A stretch of 64,000 nucleotides of DNA from Oscillibacter sp. (GTDB lineage Bacteria; Bacillota; Clostridia; Oscillospirales; Oscillospiraceae). The position numbers and the translations under genes are program-made. Position 1 is the stretch's first letter, and every line of letters begins with the position of its first letter. Positions 52,066-60,373 of this stretch are shown here, piece by piece. The stretch is from NCBI GenBank assembly GCA_017526785.1, contig JAFXQV010000031.1, forward strand, positions 38,624-102,623. Direction: 5' to 3'. The notes beneath the pieces were generated by a model. The model was not told where the DNA came from. It did not search any database and saw only the letters and a program-made list of their open reading frames with translations.

Positions 52066-53691
52066 TTATTTGAAAAGCAAAGAGACCTGTTCGCCGGGGT
52101 TGACCTGCCGAAGTTTCGCGTTCATCTGCACCAGTTGAATGCTCAATTCCTCCGCCGTCTTGGGGTTCCGCTCGCGGACAATCTGCGCCTTCAGGCGCTC
52201 CATGTCCTGCTTGATTTTCTTGGCGGCGGCGGTACGCTTCTTCTTGACTTCCTCGGCCTTGCGGGCTTTTTCGGCCTTCTGGTCTTTTTCGGCCTGTTCC
52301 TTCTGCTGAGCCTTTTTTTCCTCTTGGGCTTTTTGCTCTTTTTGGGTCTTTTCGGCCTGTTCGGCTTTCTTGTCCTCCTCGGCCTTGGCCGCCTTCTGGG
52401 CGTCGGTTTCGGTTCCGTTGGCCGCCCCGGTGCCTGTCTGGTTCGCGGCCTGCGGCTCTTGCGGATTGTTGCCGACTTGGCCTACGGATTGCGGCTGTCG
52501 CGCCCCCGTGCCGACGGTTGCGCCGACGGCCTCCGGCTGTCGCGTTCCGGTAACGCCTACGGCTTGCGGCTGTTGTGTTCCCGTACCGCTGACTGCTTGC
52601 GGTTGTTGCGTTCCCGTACCGCCGACGACTTGTGGCTGTTGCGTCCCAGTAGCGCCGACGGCCTGCGGCTCTTGCGCCCCCGTACCGCCTACGGCTTGCG
52701 GCTGTTGCGTCCCCGTACCGCCGACGGTCTGCGGTTCTTGCGTCCCCGTACCGCTGACGGCTTGCGGCTCTTGCGCCCCCGTGCCGACGGTTGCGCCGAC
52801 CGCTTCCGGCTGTTGCGTCCCGGTGCCGCTGACTGCTTGCGGCTCCTGCCATTCGGTGCCGACGGCCTGCGCTTCCTGCTCCCCGGAACCGCTGACTGGC
52901 TTCAACGCGAACGGCTCCTCTTCCTCAGCGTCGCGGACTGCCTCGACTGTCCGCGACTCCTGCTCCTCGGCGCGGTCGACTGGCTCGACCTCGCGCGGCT
53001 TACGCGGGGCGGGTCTGATTTCCGGCCGCTCCCGTCTGGCGCGGGGTCTGTCCACACTGCGCGGTGAACGCGGCGCGGGGTCTTCCCGTTCCGACGCCCG
53101 TTTAGGCTCTGTAATGGTGTCCTTCACGTCGGTGGACTGCGTCAGTTGCGGGTCAAGCTGTTGCGTTTCCACGGGGGGCGCGTTCTGGTAGACGGGGTCA
53201 ATGGCTTTCTCGGCGGGCGTCTCCTTGGCGGTAGTCCTGACCGTGACAAGCCTTTGCGTCATGAAGCCTTCGTTGTCCTCCGGCGCTTCCTTCCGCTGGG
53301 CGGGCGGGGCGATTCTGTCGGCCATGGCGTTGGCTTGGGTCACGCGGTCGATTCTCTCCGCCACTTGCACTTCGTGGTCGTTTTCCTCCGCCTCCGCCTC
53401 GTCTTGGGAAATCTTGGCGGAGAGCGTCCCCGGCACGGTCACGGGGTCGACGAACACTTTACGCTTCACGCCCTCGTCCTGTCCGACGGGGTACGCGCTG
53501 GCGGTAGTCCCCGGCGTGTACTCGGCGGCGGGTGCCTCCTGAAGCGCGGTCTGCTGGGTCTGCTGGGTCTGTTGCGCCTGTTCGGTCTTTTTGCGTTCCG
53601 CCTCATGGACTTTCTGCTCTTGGGTCTGGGTCACGGTGTCCAGCCGCACCGAAGCGGGGCGGAGCGTGTTGATACTCAAAATCGGATTCAC
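52066..53691 (-). CDS. Low-complexity/disordered repeat protein of unknown function (Gln/Thr/Gly repeats, Lys/Glu/Ala-rich coiled-coil-like C-terminus)
   Basis: 541 aa. No signal peptide or TM segment. About 12 GTGTQQPQAV(G/S)-type repeats and a C-terminal KAEQAEKTQKEQKAQEEKK... region. It is the only long ORF in this interval without a better competitor, and its own terminator hairpin lies downstream. Confidence 0.6.
   Translation of the reverse strand: MNPILSINTLRPASVRLDTVTQTQEQKVHEAERKKTEQAQQTQQTQQTALQEAPAAEYTPGTTASAYPVGQDEGVKRKVFVDPVTVPGTLSAKISQDEAEAEENDHEVQVAERIDRVTQANAMADRIAPPAQRKEAPEDNEGFMTQRLVTVRTTAKETPAEKAIDPVYQNAPPVETQQLDPQLTQSTDVKDTITEPKRASEREDPAPRSPRSVDRPRARRERPEIRPAPRKPREVEPVDRAEEQESRTVEAVRDAEEEEPFALKPVSGSGEQEAQAVGTEWQEPQAVSGTGTQQPEAVGATVGTGAQEPQAVSGTGTQEPQTVGGTGTQQPQAVGGTGAQEPQAVGATGTQQPQVVGGTGTQQPQAVSGTGTQQPQAVGVTGTRQPEAVGATVGTGARQPQSVGQVGNNPQEPQAANQTGTGAANGTETDAQKAAKAEEDKKAEQAEKTQKEQKAQEEKKAQQKEQAEKDQKAEKARKAEEVKKKRTAAAKKIKQDMERLKAQIVRERNPKTAEELSIQLVQMNAKLRQVNPGEQVSLLFK
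52470..52880 (-). repeat. About 12 copies of a 33-bp (some 45-bp) in-frame tandem repeat
   Basis: Periodic CCGTACCGC(C/T)GAC(G/T)GC(T/C)TGCGG(C/T)T(G/C)TTGCGT units are visible on the plus strand. Confidence 0.85.
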
Positions 53692-53810
53692 AGCGGGTTC
53701 CCCCTTTCGATGGTCGCTGTTGCTATCTTCTCATAAGTCTTATCGGCAACGGCATAAAAAAAGTAAGGTTTTCCGGAAATATTTTTCTATTTATTAAGGA
53801 GGCGCGGCAT

Positions 53811-55838
53811 ATGCAGGTTATCTTGGCGCGGAGCGCTGGCTTCTGCTACGGCGTGCGGCGGGCGGTCGAACTGGCGCGCAAGACCGCCGGAGAACGCGGA
53901 AATTGCTGGATGTTGGGCGATTTGATTCACAACGCCCATGTGATTGCGGAACTTTCGGCGCTGGGGGTGCGGAAAACGTCGGAGCCGGAGAGCCTGAACC
54001 CCGGGGAGACTGTGATTATCCGCTCTCACGGGGAACTAAAGGGCGTGCTGGACGACCTTTCGGGGCGCGGCGTCGAGTGCGTCGACGCGACCTGCCCGAA
54101 CGTGCGCCGGATTCAGGAACTCGTCGCAGAGGCCGAGCGCGAGGGGCGACAGCCCGTCATCATCGGGGAGCCGAACCACCCGGAGGTCATGGGCGTGGCG
54201 AGCTGGTGCCGGGACGCGTTGGTACTCGACAGCCCCGAGGCCGTGCGCCGCTGGCTGGACACAACGCCCGATTCCCGGTCAATTCCGCTGACCGTGGTGG
54301 CGCAGACAACCTGCATCCGCGAAATTTTTGAAAACTCTTGGAAAATCTTAAAAAAAGAGTGTACAGACGCGAAAAAATATGATACAATCTGTAACGCCAC
54401 GCAAAGACGCCAGACGGAGGCGACCGAAATCGCCGCCCGTGTCGGGGTCATGGTTGTGGTCGGAGACCGCAAAAGCGCCAACACGCGCCATCTCGCCGAG
54501 ATTTGCCGGAAATTCTGCCCCAAGGTCGTCCAGATTGAGACGGCGGCGGAGCTGTCCCGGGAACTGTTCGCGGGGTGTGACGCGGCGGGGCTGACGGCGG
54601 GCGCGTCCACTCCGGCGGGCATCATTAAGGAGGTATTTGCAACGATGAGCGAAGAATTCACCAACGAAGCGGTGGCGGGCAGCACGGAGCCTGTCACAGA
54701 AGAACCCGCAACCCCGGCAGCGGCGGAACCCGCGCAGGAACCCGCTAACGAAGTACCCGCCAACGAATTTGAAGAAATGCTGAACAAGCAGTCCTTCCGG
54801 ACTTTGAATACAGGCGAGAAGGTCACGGGCATTGTCAGGGCTATCACCTCGAAGGAAGTGGAAGTCGACGTCGGCGCGAAGCAGACCGCTTACATTAAGT
54901 TCAGCGAGCTGAGCGACGACCCCAACGCCAACCCCGAGGACATTGTGCATGTGGGCGACGAAATCGAGGCCTACATTGTGCGCGTCAACGACGTGGAGGG
55001 CTTCGCGGAACTCTCCAAGCGCCGTCTGGACGCCCAGAAGAAGTGGGAGGAAGTCGAGAAGGCCGTCGAGGAAAAGTCCATCCACGAGGGCGTGGTCACG
55101 GAGGAGAACAAGGGCGGTATCGTGGTGCTGGTCGACGGTATCCGCGTGTTCGTCCCGGCGTCCCAGAGCGGCAAGCCGCGCGGCGCTGACCTGTCCGCCA
55201 TGCGCGGTCAGACCGTCCGTCTGCGTATCACGGAGTTCAACCGGGCGCGCCGCCGCGTCGTCGGCTCCATCCGCGCCGTGCAGGACGAGGAACGCCGCGC
55301 CGCGCAGGACAAGGTCTGGTCGTCCATCGAGGTCGGCAAGCGCTACACGGGCGTCGTCAAGTCCATGACCTCCTATGGCGTGTTCGTGGACATCGGCGGC
55401 GTCGACGGCATGGTGCATATCTCCGAATTGAGCTGGAGCCGCATTAAGGACCCCCGCGAGGTCTGCAAAGTCGGCGATACGCTGGAAGTGTACGTCATCA
55501 ACTTTGACCCCGACCGCCGGAAAATCTCCCTCGGCGTCAAGGACCACAACCGCGACCCGTGGCAGGACTTCCTCAACACGTACTCCGTCGGCGACGTGGC
55601 CACGGTGCGCATTGTGAAGCTCATGCCGTTTGGCGCGTTCGCGGAAGTCGTGCCGGGCGTCGACGGGCTGATTCACATCTCCCAGATTGCCGACCACCGC
55701 GTGGAGAAGCCCGAGGACGAGCTTTCCGAAGGCCAGACCGTCAACGCGAAAATTACCAACATTGACGAAGAGCGCCAGAAGATTTCCCTGTCCATTCGTC
55801 AGGCTCCCCAGCAGCCCGCGGAGGGCGAGGCGGAGTAA
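53811..55838 (+). CDS. ispH: Bifunctional 4-hydroxy-3-methylbut-2-enyl diphosphate reductase (IspH/LytB) / ribosomal protein S1-like fusion
   Basis: 675 aa. N-terminal AGFCYGVRRAV, IHN, DATCPNV and SANTRHL (IspH), then an acidic linker, then four S1 OB-fold repeats (GEKVTGIV..., HEGVVTE..., GKRYTGVVKSMTSYGVFVDIG, GDVATVRIVKLMPFGAFAEV). Confidence 0.92.
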   Translation: MQVILARSAGFCYGVRRAVELARKTAGERGNCWMLGDLIHNAHVIAELSALGVRKTSEPESLNPGETVIIRSHGELKGVLDDLSGRGVECVDATCPNVRRIQELVAEAEREGRQPVIIGEPNHPEVMGVASWCRDALVLDSPEAVRRWLDTTPDSRSIPLTVVAQTTCIREIFENSWKILKKECTDAKKYDTICNATQRRQTEATEIAARVGVMVVVGDRKSANTRHLAEICRKFCPKVVQIETAAELSRELFAGCDAAGLTAGASTPAGIIKEVFATMSEEFTNEAVAGSTEPVTEEPATPAAAEPAQEPANEVPANEFEEMLNKQSFRTLNTGEKVTGIVRAITSKEVEVDVGAKQTAYIKFSELSDDPNANPEDIVHVGDEIEAYIVRVNDVEGFAELSKRRLDAQKKWEEVEKAVEEKSIHEGVVTEENKGGIVVLVDGIRVFVPASQSGKPRGADLSAMRGQTVRLRITEFNRARRRVVGSIRAVQDEERRAAQDKVWSSIEVGKRYTGVVKSMTSYGVFVDIGGVDGMVHISELSWSRIKDPREVCKVGDTLEVYVINFDPDRRKISLGVKDHNRDPWQDFLNTYSVGDVATVRIVKLMPFGAFAEVVPGVDGLIHISQIADHRVEKPEDELSEGQTVNAKITNIDEERQKISLSIRQAPQQPAEGEAE

Positions 55839-55851
55839 GCCGCAAAAAGAC

Positions 55852-55888
55852 GCGTCTCCCGGTATCCGCCGGGAGACGCTCCGCTTTG
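55852..55888 (+). terminator. Terminator after ispH-rpsA
   Basis: 11-bp stem GCGTCTCCCGG/CCGGGAGACGC followed by TCCGCTTTGTG. Confidence 0.6.
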
Positions 55889-55924
55889 TGATAAGATTTT
55901 TGTTACAAAATCGAAACAGCCGTC

Positions 55925-55953
55925 TTGACAAGCCTTGCAAGCCGGTATATAAT
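55925..55953 (+). promoter_or_regulatory. Consensus promoter of the rplJL operon
   Basis: TTGACA (55925-55930), 17 nt, TATAAT (55948-55953). Confidence 0.7.
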
Positions 55954-55959
55954 ACGCTT

Positions 55960-56100
55960 CACGTTCCAGAGACAGCAGGCAGGTTTACCCGTAAGCCCCG
56001 CCGAGGACGGTTCCGCAAGTGTGTGCAATTGCGCGTCCCGGTGTCTTTGTGCGCCGGGGCGCTTTCCGTCTGTCCGCGAACGTGGATTGAAACTCATGGA
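55960..56100 (+). promoter_or_regulatory. Ribosomal protein L10 leader (autoregulatory 5' UTR)
   Basis: About 150-nt untranslated region between a consensus promoter and rplJ. Its position matches the known L10(L12)4-binding leader in Firmicutes. The structure was not verified here. Confidence 0.5.
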
Positions 56101-56112
56101 GGTGAACTCAGA

Positions 56113-56643
56113 ATGCCCAACGCGAAAGTCCTCGCGGCGAAAAAGGCGGTCGTCGAGCAGTTGACCGACAAAATCCGCAACGCCGCCGCCGGCGTCATCG
56201 TGGACTACAGAGGCATTACCGTCGCGGAGGATACCGCGCTCCGGAGAGACTGCCGGGAAAATGAGGTCGATTACGCCGTTGTCAAGAACACGCTCCTCCG
56301 GTTCGCGTTCGACAACACCGGGCTGAAAGACCTTGACTCCCACCTGAACGGCACAACGTCTCTGGCTGTCAGCGCCGATGACCCCGTAGCGCCCGCCCGT
56401 ATCATGGCCGATTACGCCAAGAAGCTCAACGGCAAATTCGAGATTAAGGGCGGCTTCATGGACGGCAAAGCGGTCGACTTGGACACAATCAACGCACTGG
56501 CCGCGATTCCGCCGCTCCCGATGTTGCAGGCGCAGGTTCTCGGAACCATGCTCGCCCCGATTACGGGTCTTGCCGTAGTCCTGAAGCAGATTGCCGAAAA
56601 GATGGAGGCTCCCGCCGAAGAACCCGCCCCCGCCGCCGAATAA
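56113..56643 (+). CDS. rplJ: 50S ribosomal protein L10
   Basis: 176 aa from MPNAKVLAAKKAVVEQL. Contains VDYRGITVAEDTALRR. GGAGGTG RBS. The ORF-track upstream extension is rejected. Confidence 0.95.
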   Translation: MPNAKVLAAKKAVVEQLTDKIRNAAAGVIVDYRGITVAEDTALRRDCRENEVDYAVVKNTLLRFAFDNTGLKDLDSHLNGTTSLAVSADDPVAPARIMADYAKKLNGKFEIKGGFMDGKAVDLDTINALAAIPPLPMLQAQVLGTMLAPITGLAVVLKQIAEKMEAPAEEPAPAAE

Positions 56644-56684
56644 GCCACAAATCACATATCGCCTATATTTAGGAGGTCACAACA

Positions 56685-57053
56685 ATGTCTGAAAAAGTCA
56701 CCGCTCTGTTGAACGAAATCAAAGAGCTGAAAGTTCTGGAACTCAGCGAACTCGTACACGCCCTTGAAGAAGAATTCGGCGTATCCGCCGCCGCCATGGC
56801 CGCTCCCGCCGCCGCCGCCGCTCCCGTGGTCGAGGAAAAGACCTCGTTCGACGTGGTTCTGACCGGGTTCGACACCGCCGCGAAGATTAAGGTCATTAAG
56901 GTTGTCCGCGAAATCACCGGGCAGGGTCTGGCCGAAGCCAAGAAGACCGTGGAAGAGAACCCGTCCACGCTCAAAGAGGGTCTGGGCAAGGAGGAAGCCG
57001 AGGAACTCAAGAAGAAAATCGAGGAAGTCGGCGGCAAGGTCGAACTCAAGTAA
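56685..57053 (+). CDS. rplL: 50S ribosomal protein L7/L12
   Basis: 122 aa with an Ala-rich hinge and the C-terminal [21 protein letters not shown]. Confidence 0.96.
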   Translation: MSEKVTALLNEIKELKVLELSELVHALEEEFGVSAAAMAAPAAAAAPVVEEKTSFDVVLTGFDTAAKIKVIKVVREITGQGLAEAKKTVEENPSTLKEGLGKEEAEELKKKIEEVGGKVELK

Positions 57054-57067
57054 TATATACGCGTACA

Positions 57068-57116
57068 GAACCCCGGAACGTCCCCGCCTTTACGGGGCGG
57101 AACCGGGGTTTTCACT
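57068..57116 (+). terminator. rplL terminator
   Basis: Stem GAACCCCGG...CCGGGGTT with an inner CCCCG/CGGGG helix, followed by TTTT. Confidence 0.75.
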
Positions 57117-57140
57117 TTCGTAATAAGGAGACACGCCGTT

Positions 57141-57653
57141 ATGGATTTCAAAGAACTGTCGGAGGCGCGTTACTCACTGCGCAAGTACAGTGACGCCCCG
57201 GTAGAGCCGGAAAAGCTGGAACTCGTCCTCGAAGCCGCCCGGAACGCACCCACCGCCCATAATTACCAGCCGCAACGCGTGTTCGTGCTGGAGAGCAAGT
57301 CGGCGCTCGAAAAGGCCGATGTCTGCACCGCGTCCCACTTTCATCCGCCCGTGATACTGGTGGTGGCCTACGACCCCTCTGTGTCGTGGAAGCGCGAGTA
57401 CGACGGCAAAGACCACGGCGAGATTGACGCCGCAATCGCCGCGACGCAGATGATGTTACAGGCCGCTGACTTGGGCTTGGGTACAACCTATATCGGGATG
57501 TTCGACCCGGAAAAGCTCCTCGTGGAGTTCCCGGAAATGGCGGGGACAACGCCCATTGCCATGCTTTCGCTCGGGTACCCGGCCGAAAACGCCCGCCCGT
57601 CCCAGCTTCACAACAACCGTAAGCCCCTGTCCGAATTCGTCACGCGCCTTTGA
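57141..57653 (+). CDS. Nitroreductase-family protein
   Basis: 170 aa. Contains RYSLRKY, APTAHNYQP, and the typical fold pattern. Confidence 0.88.
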   Translation: MDFKELSEARYSLRKYSDAPVEPEKLELVLEAARNAPTAHNYQPQRVFVLESKSALEKADVCTASHFHPPVILVVAYDPSVSWKREYDGKDHGEIDAAIAATQMMLQAADLGLGTTYIGMFDPEKLLVEFPEMAGTTPIAMLSLGYPAENARPSQLHNNRKPLSEFVTRL

Positions 57654-57678
57654 GAGGGGACGCTTCCCCATCAAATCA

Positions 57679-57710
57679 CCCTCCGGGAGAAATTCCGGAG
57701 GGCTTGTTTC
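57679..57710. terminator. Bidirectional terminator between the nitroreductase gene and relE
   Basis: Stem CCCTCCGG/CCGGAGGG followed by CTTGTTTC. Confidence 0.55.
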
Positions 57711-57711
57711 G

Positions 57712-57978
57712 TCAGCCGTATATATCCCGTCGATGTCCGATTTCAAGAACCAGAATCACAACCCGCTGTTCCTGAATGTCGCAAATCAGACGGTAGTCGC
57801 CGACGCGGTAGCGCCACTGCCCACGCCGATTTCCCACAAGTCCCTTGCCGTGTACATACGGATTTTCGCAATCCACGAGATTTTTTTTAATCCAGCCGTA
57901 CAGCAGGGCGCGTGTGGGCTTATCCAGCTTTTGCAAGGCTTTTTCGGCTTTTGGCGTGTATTCCACCGTGTATTTCAT
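57712..57978 (-). CDS. relE: RelE/StbE-family toxin
   Basis: 88 aa. Contains KYTVEYTPKAEKALQKLDK and GQWRYRVGDYRLICDIQEQRVVILVLEIGHRRDIY. Confidence 0.9.
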   Translation of the reverse strand: MKYTVEYTPKAEKALQKLDKPTRALLYGWIKKNLVDCENPYVHGKGLVGNRRGQWRYRVGDYRLICDIQEQRVVILVLEIGHRRDIYG

Positions 57979-58199
57979 TCCGCCAGCCCCAGCATTTTTC
58001 CGACTTCCTCGTGGGTGTAGGTGACGGGGTTCGCTTGGTACTCCTTCATAGCCTGTTCGTAGGCCTGCAAATCGTACTCGTCCTCAATCCGTTCCAAGAC
58101 GGCCTGACGGAACAGCTCCGCGACGCTGATTCCGTGAATTTCCGCGTATTTTGTGACAAGCGCGGAATCCGCTTCATTTAAACTGACAGAAACATTCAT
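57975..58199 (-). CDS. relB: RHH-type antitoxin (RelB/DUF6290-like)
   Basis: 74 aa. Contains VSLNEADSALVTKYAEIHGISVAELFRQAVLERIEDEYD. 4-nt overlap with relE. Confidence 0.85.
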   Translation of the reverse strand: MNVSVSLNEADSALVTKYAEIHGISVAELFRQAVLERIEDEYDLQAYEQAMKEYQANPVTYTHEEVGKMLGLAE

Positions 58200-58385
58200 G
58201 CTGATTCGCTTCCTTTATCCGGAAAAGATTGTGCTTCCTATTATATCTTCCTCATATGTCGGAAATCAAGCCCCGGTTTTTGGATTGCCACACCGCCTAA
58301 AACAGCGCGCGCGAATTGGTGAAAACGTAAAACTTCCCTTGAAGGGGAAAAAGATTTTGACGACGATTCCCGCGCGAAAAATCTG

Positions 58386-58414
58386 TTGACAAGCCCGAAA
58401 CCCTATAGTATACT
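58386..58414 (+). promoter_or_regulatory. rib operon promoter
   Basis: TTGACA (58386-58391), 17 nt, TATACT (58409-58414). Confidence 0.6.
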
Positions 58415-58429
58415 GGACGGGAATTGAAT

Positions 58430-58560
58430 CAGAAAGAGTCTTCAGGGCGGGGCTGATAACAGTCAGAAATCAAACTTTCACAGTCCGGAAGAGCGAAGAT
58501 TCGCACGGCGTGGGGCAAATCCCGTGCCGTCAGCCCTGAACAGACGTTCAGGGTTTTTTG
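58430..58560 (+). ncRNA. FMN (RFN)-riboswitch-like leader with terminator; aptamer appears unusually short
   Basis: GUCUUCAGGGCGGGG (58438-58452) and ACAGUCCGGAAGAGCGAAGA (58480-58499) resemble the 5' and 3' ends of the RFN consensus. P1 candidate GAGUCUUC/GAAGAUUC (58436-58443 / 58495-58502). Terminator CCCTGAA-CAGACG-TTCAGGG-T6 (58534-58559). Antiterminator candidate TTCAGGGC/GCCCTGAA. Confidence 0.55.
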
Positions 58561-58588
58561 ATTCGGATAACTTTGGAGTGTGATTGAC

Positions 58589-59704
58589 ATGCCGGAAGCC
58601 GAAAACATTGCAGCGCAAGACCGCAGTTACATGAGACTGGCCGTCAAACTCGCCGAACACGGCCGCGGCCGCACAAATCCAAATCCGGTCGTCGGGGCGG
58701 TGATTGTGAAGGACGGGCGCGTTTTGGGCGTGGGCTACCATGCCCGCTACGGAGACCTCCACGCCGAGCGCGCCGCGTTAGGCAACTGCACCGACGACAC
58801 CAGCGGCGCGACGCTGTACGTCACGCTGGAGCCGTGCTGTCACCACGGCAACCAGCCGCCGTGTACCGACGCCATCCTGCAAGCGGGTATCAAACGCGTG
58901 GTCATCGGTTCCGACGACCCCAACCCGCTTGTGGCGGGGCAGGGTATCCGCGTTCTCCGCGACAACGGCGTGACCGTCGAGACAGGCTTCATGCGCGAGG
59001 AGTGCGACGCGCTCAACCCCGTGTTTTTCCACTACATCCGCACCGGGAAGCCGTACGTCGTCCTGAAATACGCCATGACGCTTGACGGCAAAATCGCCAC
59101 GCGTTCCGGCGCTTCCAAGTGGATTACGGGCGAGGCGGCGCGGCGGCACGTACATCAGAACCGCAACATTTACGCGGCGGTACTGGTCGGCGCGGGAACC
59201 GTGGCGGCGGACGACCCCGCCTTGACATGCCGCATGGAGAACGGGCGGAACCCCGTCCGGATTGTGTGCGACAGCACGCTGAGAACGTCGACGGACAGCC
59301 AGCTTGTGCGCACGGCGCGGGATGTCCGCACGATATTCGCGGCGGCGACGCCCGACCCCGTACGCGTGGCGGCGTTCCGGGAGCGCGGCTGCGAGGTCTG
59401 GGAACTCCCCGGCGACGCCGGACGCGTGAATCTCAACGCCCTTATGGAGCGTATCGGCGCGGAGAAACTGGACAGCGTGATATGTGAGGGCGGCGCGGCG
59501 CTGAACTGGTCGCTGTTGCGGCTCGGACTTGTCCAGCGTGTTCAGGCGTACATCGCGCCGAAACTGTTCGGGGGCGCGGAGGCGAAGTCGCCGATAGCCG
59601 GGGACGGTATCGAGACGCCCGACGGCGCTTTCCGTCTCCGCGACGTGACCGTGACGCCGTTGGACGGGGACTTTCTCATGGAAGGCATACTGGACGGAGA
59701 TTGA
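58589..59704 (+). CDS. ribD: Bifunctional diaminohydroxyphosphoribosylaminopyrimidine deaminase / 5-amino-6-(5-phosphoribosylamino)uracil reductase
   Basis: Contains HAERAAL and TLEPCCHHGNQPPC (CMP/dCMP deaminase zinc motif), followed by a reductase domain (KYAMTLDGKIAT). Confidence 0.93.
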   Translation: MPEAENIAAQDRSYMRLAVKLAEHGRGRTNPNPVVGAVIVKDGRVLGVGYHARYGDLHAERAALGNCTDDTSGATLYVTLEPCCHHGNQPPCTDAILQAGIKRVVIGSDDPNPLVAGQGIRVLRDNGVTVETGFMREECDALNPVFFHYIRTGKPYVVLKYAMTLDGKIATRSGASKWITGEAARRHVHQNRNIYAAVLVGAGTVAADDPALTCRMENGRNPVRIVCDSTLRTSTDSQLVRTARDVRTIFAAATPDPVRVAAFRERGCEVWELPGDAGRVNLNALMERIGAEKLDSVICEGGAALNWSLLRLGLVQRVQAYIAPKLFGGAEAKSPIAGDGIETPDGAFRLRDVTVTPLDGDFLMEGILDGD

Positions 59705-59709
59705 CGGCT

Positions 59710-60348
59710 ATGTTTACAGGAATCATCGAGGAGACCGGACACATACGGGCGGTAACACGCGGACAGCATTCCTCTATACTGTCCATTGGGGCGGCGGAGA
59801 TTCTGTCCGACCTGAAAACCGGGGACAGTGTGGCCGTCAACGGTGTGTGCCTGACGGCGACGGCCGTCGACGGCGGCGGCTTCACGGCGGATGTCATGCA
59901 CGAGACGCTGAACCGTTCGACACTCGGAACGTTGTCCGCCGGGGACATCGTGAACCTTGAGCGCGCCATGCCCGCGGACGGGCGTTTCGGCGGACACATC
60001 GTGTCGGGGCATATTGACGGCGTGGGGCGCGTCGTGTCCGTGCGCCGCGACGACAACGCCGTTTGGTACACGGTCGAAGCCCCGCCTGCACTGCGGCGCT
60101 ATATCGTCGAAAAGGGTTCCATTGCGCTGGACGGAATCAGCCTGACCGTGGCGAAAACTGACGCCCGTACCTTTTCCGTATCCGTGATTCCGCATACGTT
60201 GCGCGTGACGGCGTTACAGGCGCGCCGCGCCGGAAGCGGCGTAAACCTTGAAACGGACATTATCGGGAAGTATGTGGAATCCCTGCTACGCCCCGAACCC
60301 GCGAAAAGCAATATTACCCGCGAGTTCTTAGCCCGGAACGGGTTTTGA
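59710..60348 (+). CDS. ribE: Riboflavin synthase alpha chain
   Basis: Contains MFTGIIEETG..., GDSVAVNGVCLT, and the duplicated GSIALDGISLTV. Confidence 0.95.
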   Translation: MFTGIIEETGHIRAVTRGQHSSILSIGAAEILSDLKTGDSVAVNGVCLTATAVDGGGFTADVMHETLNRSTLGTLSAGDIVNLERAMPADGRFGGHIVSGHIDGVGRVVSVRRDDNAVWYTVEAPPALRRYIVEKGSIALDGISLTVAKTDARTFSVSVIPHTLRVTALQARRAGSGVNLETDIIGKYVESLLRPEPAKSNITREFLARNGF

Positions 60349-60373
60349 CAACAGCTAAGGAGTTTTAGAGCCA

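Noticed and set aside
51803-52852. 349-aa Arg-rich ORF (minus strand) and 310/273-aa plus-strand ORFs across the 33-bp repeat region
   Set aside because: These are alternative frames of the same repeats. The 541-aa frame is the only one with a plausible start, non-repeat termini and a downstream terminator.
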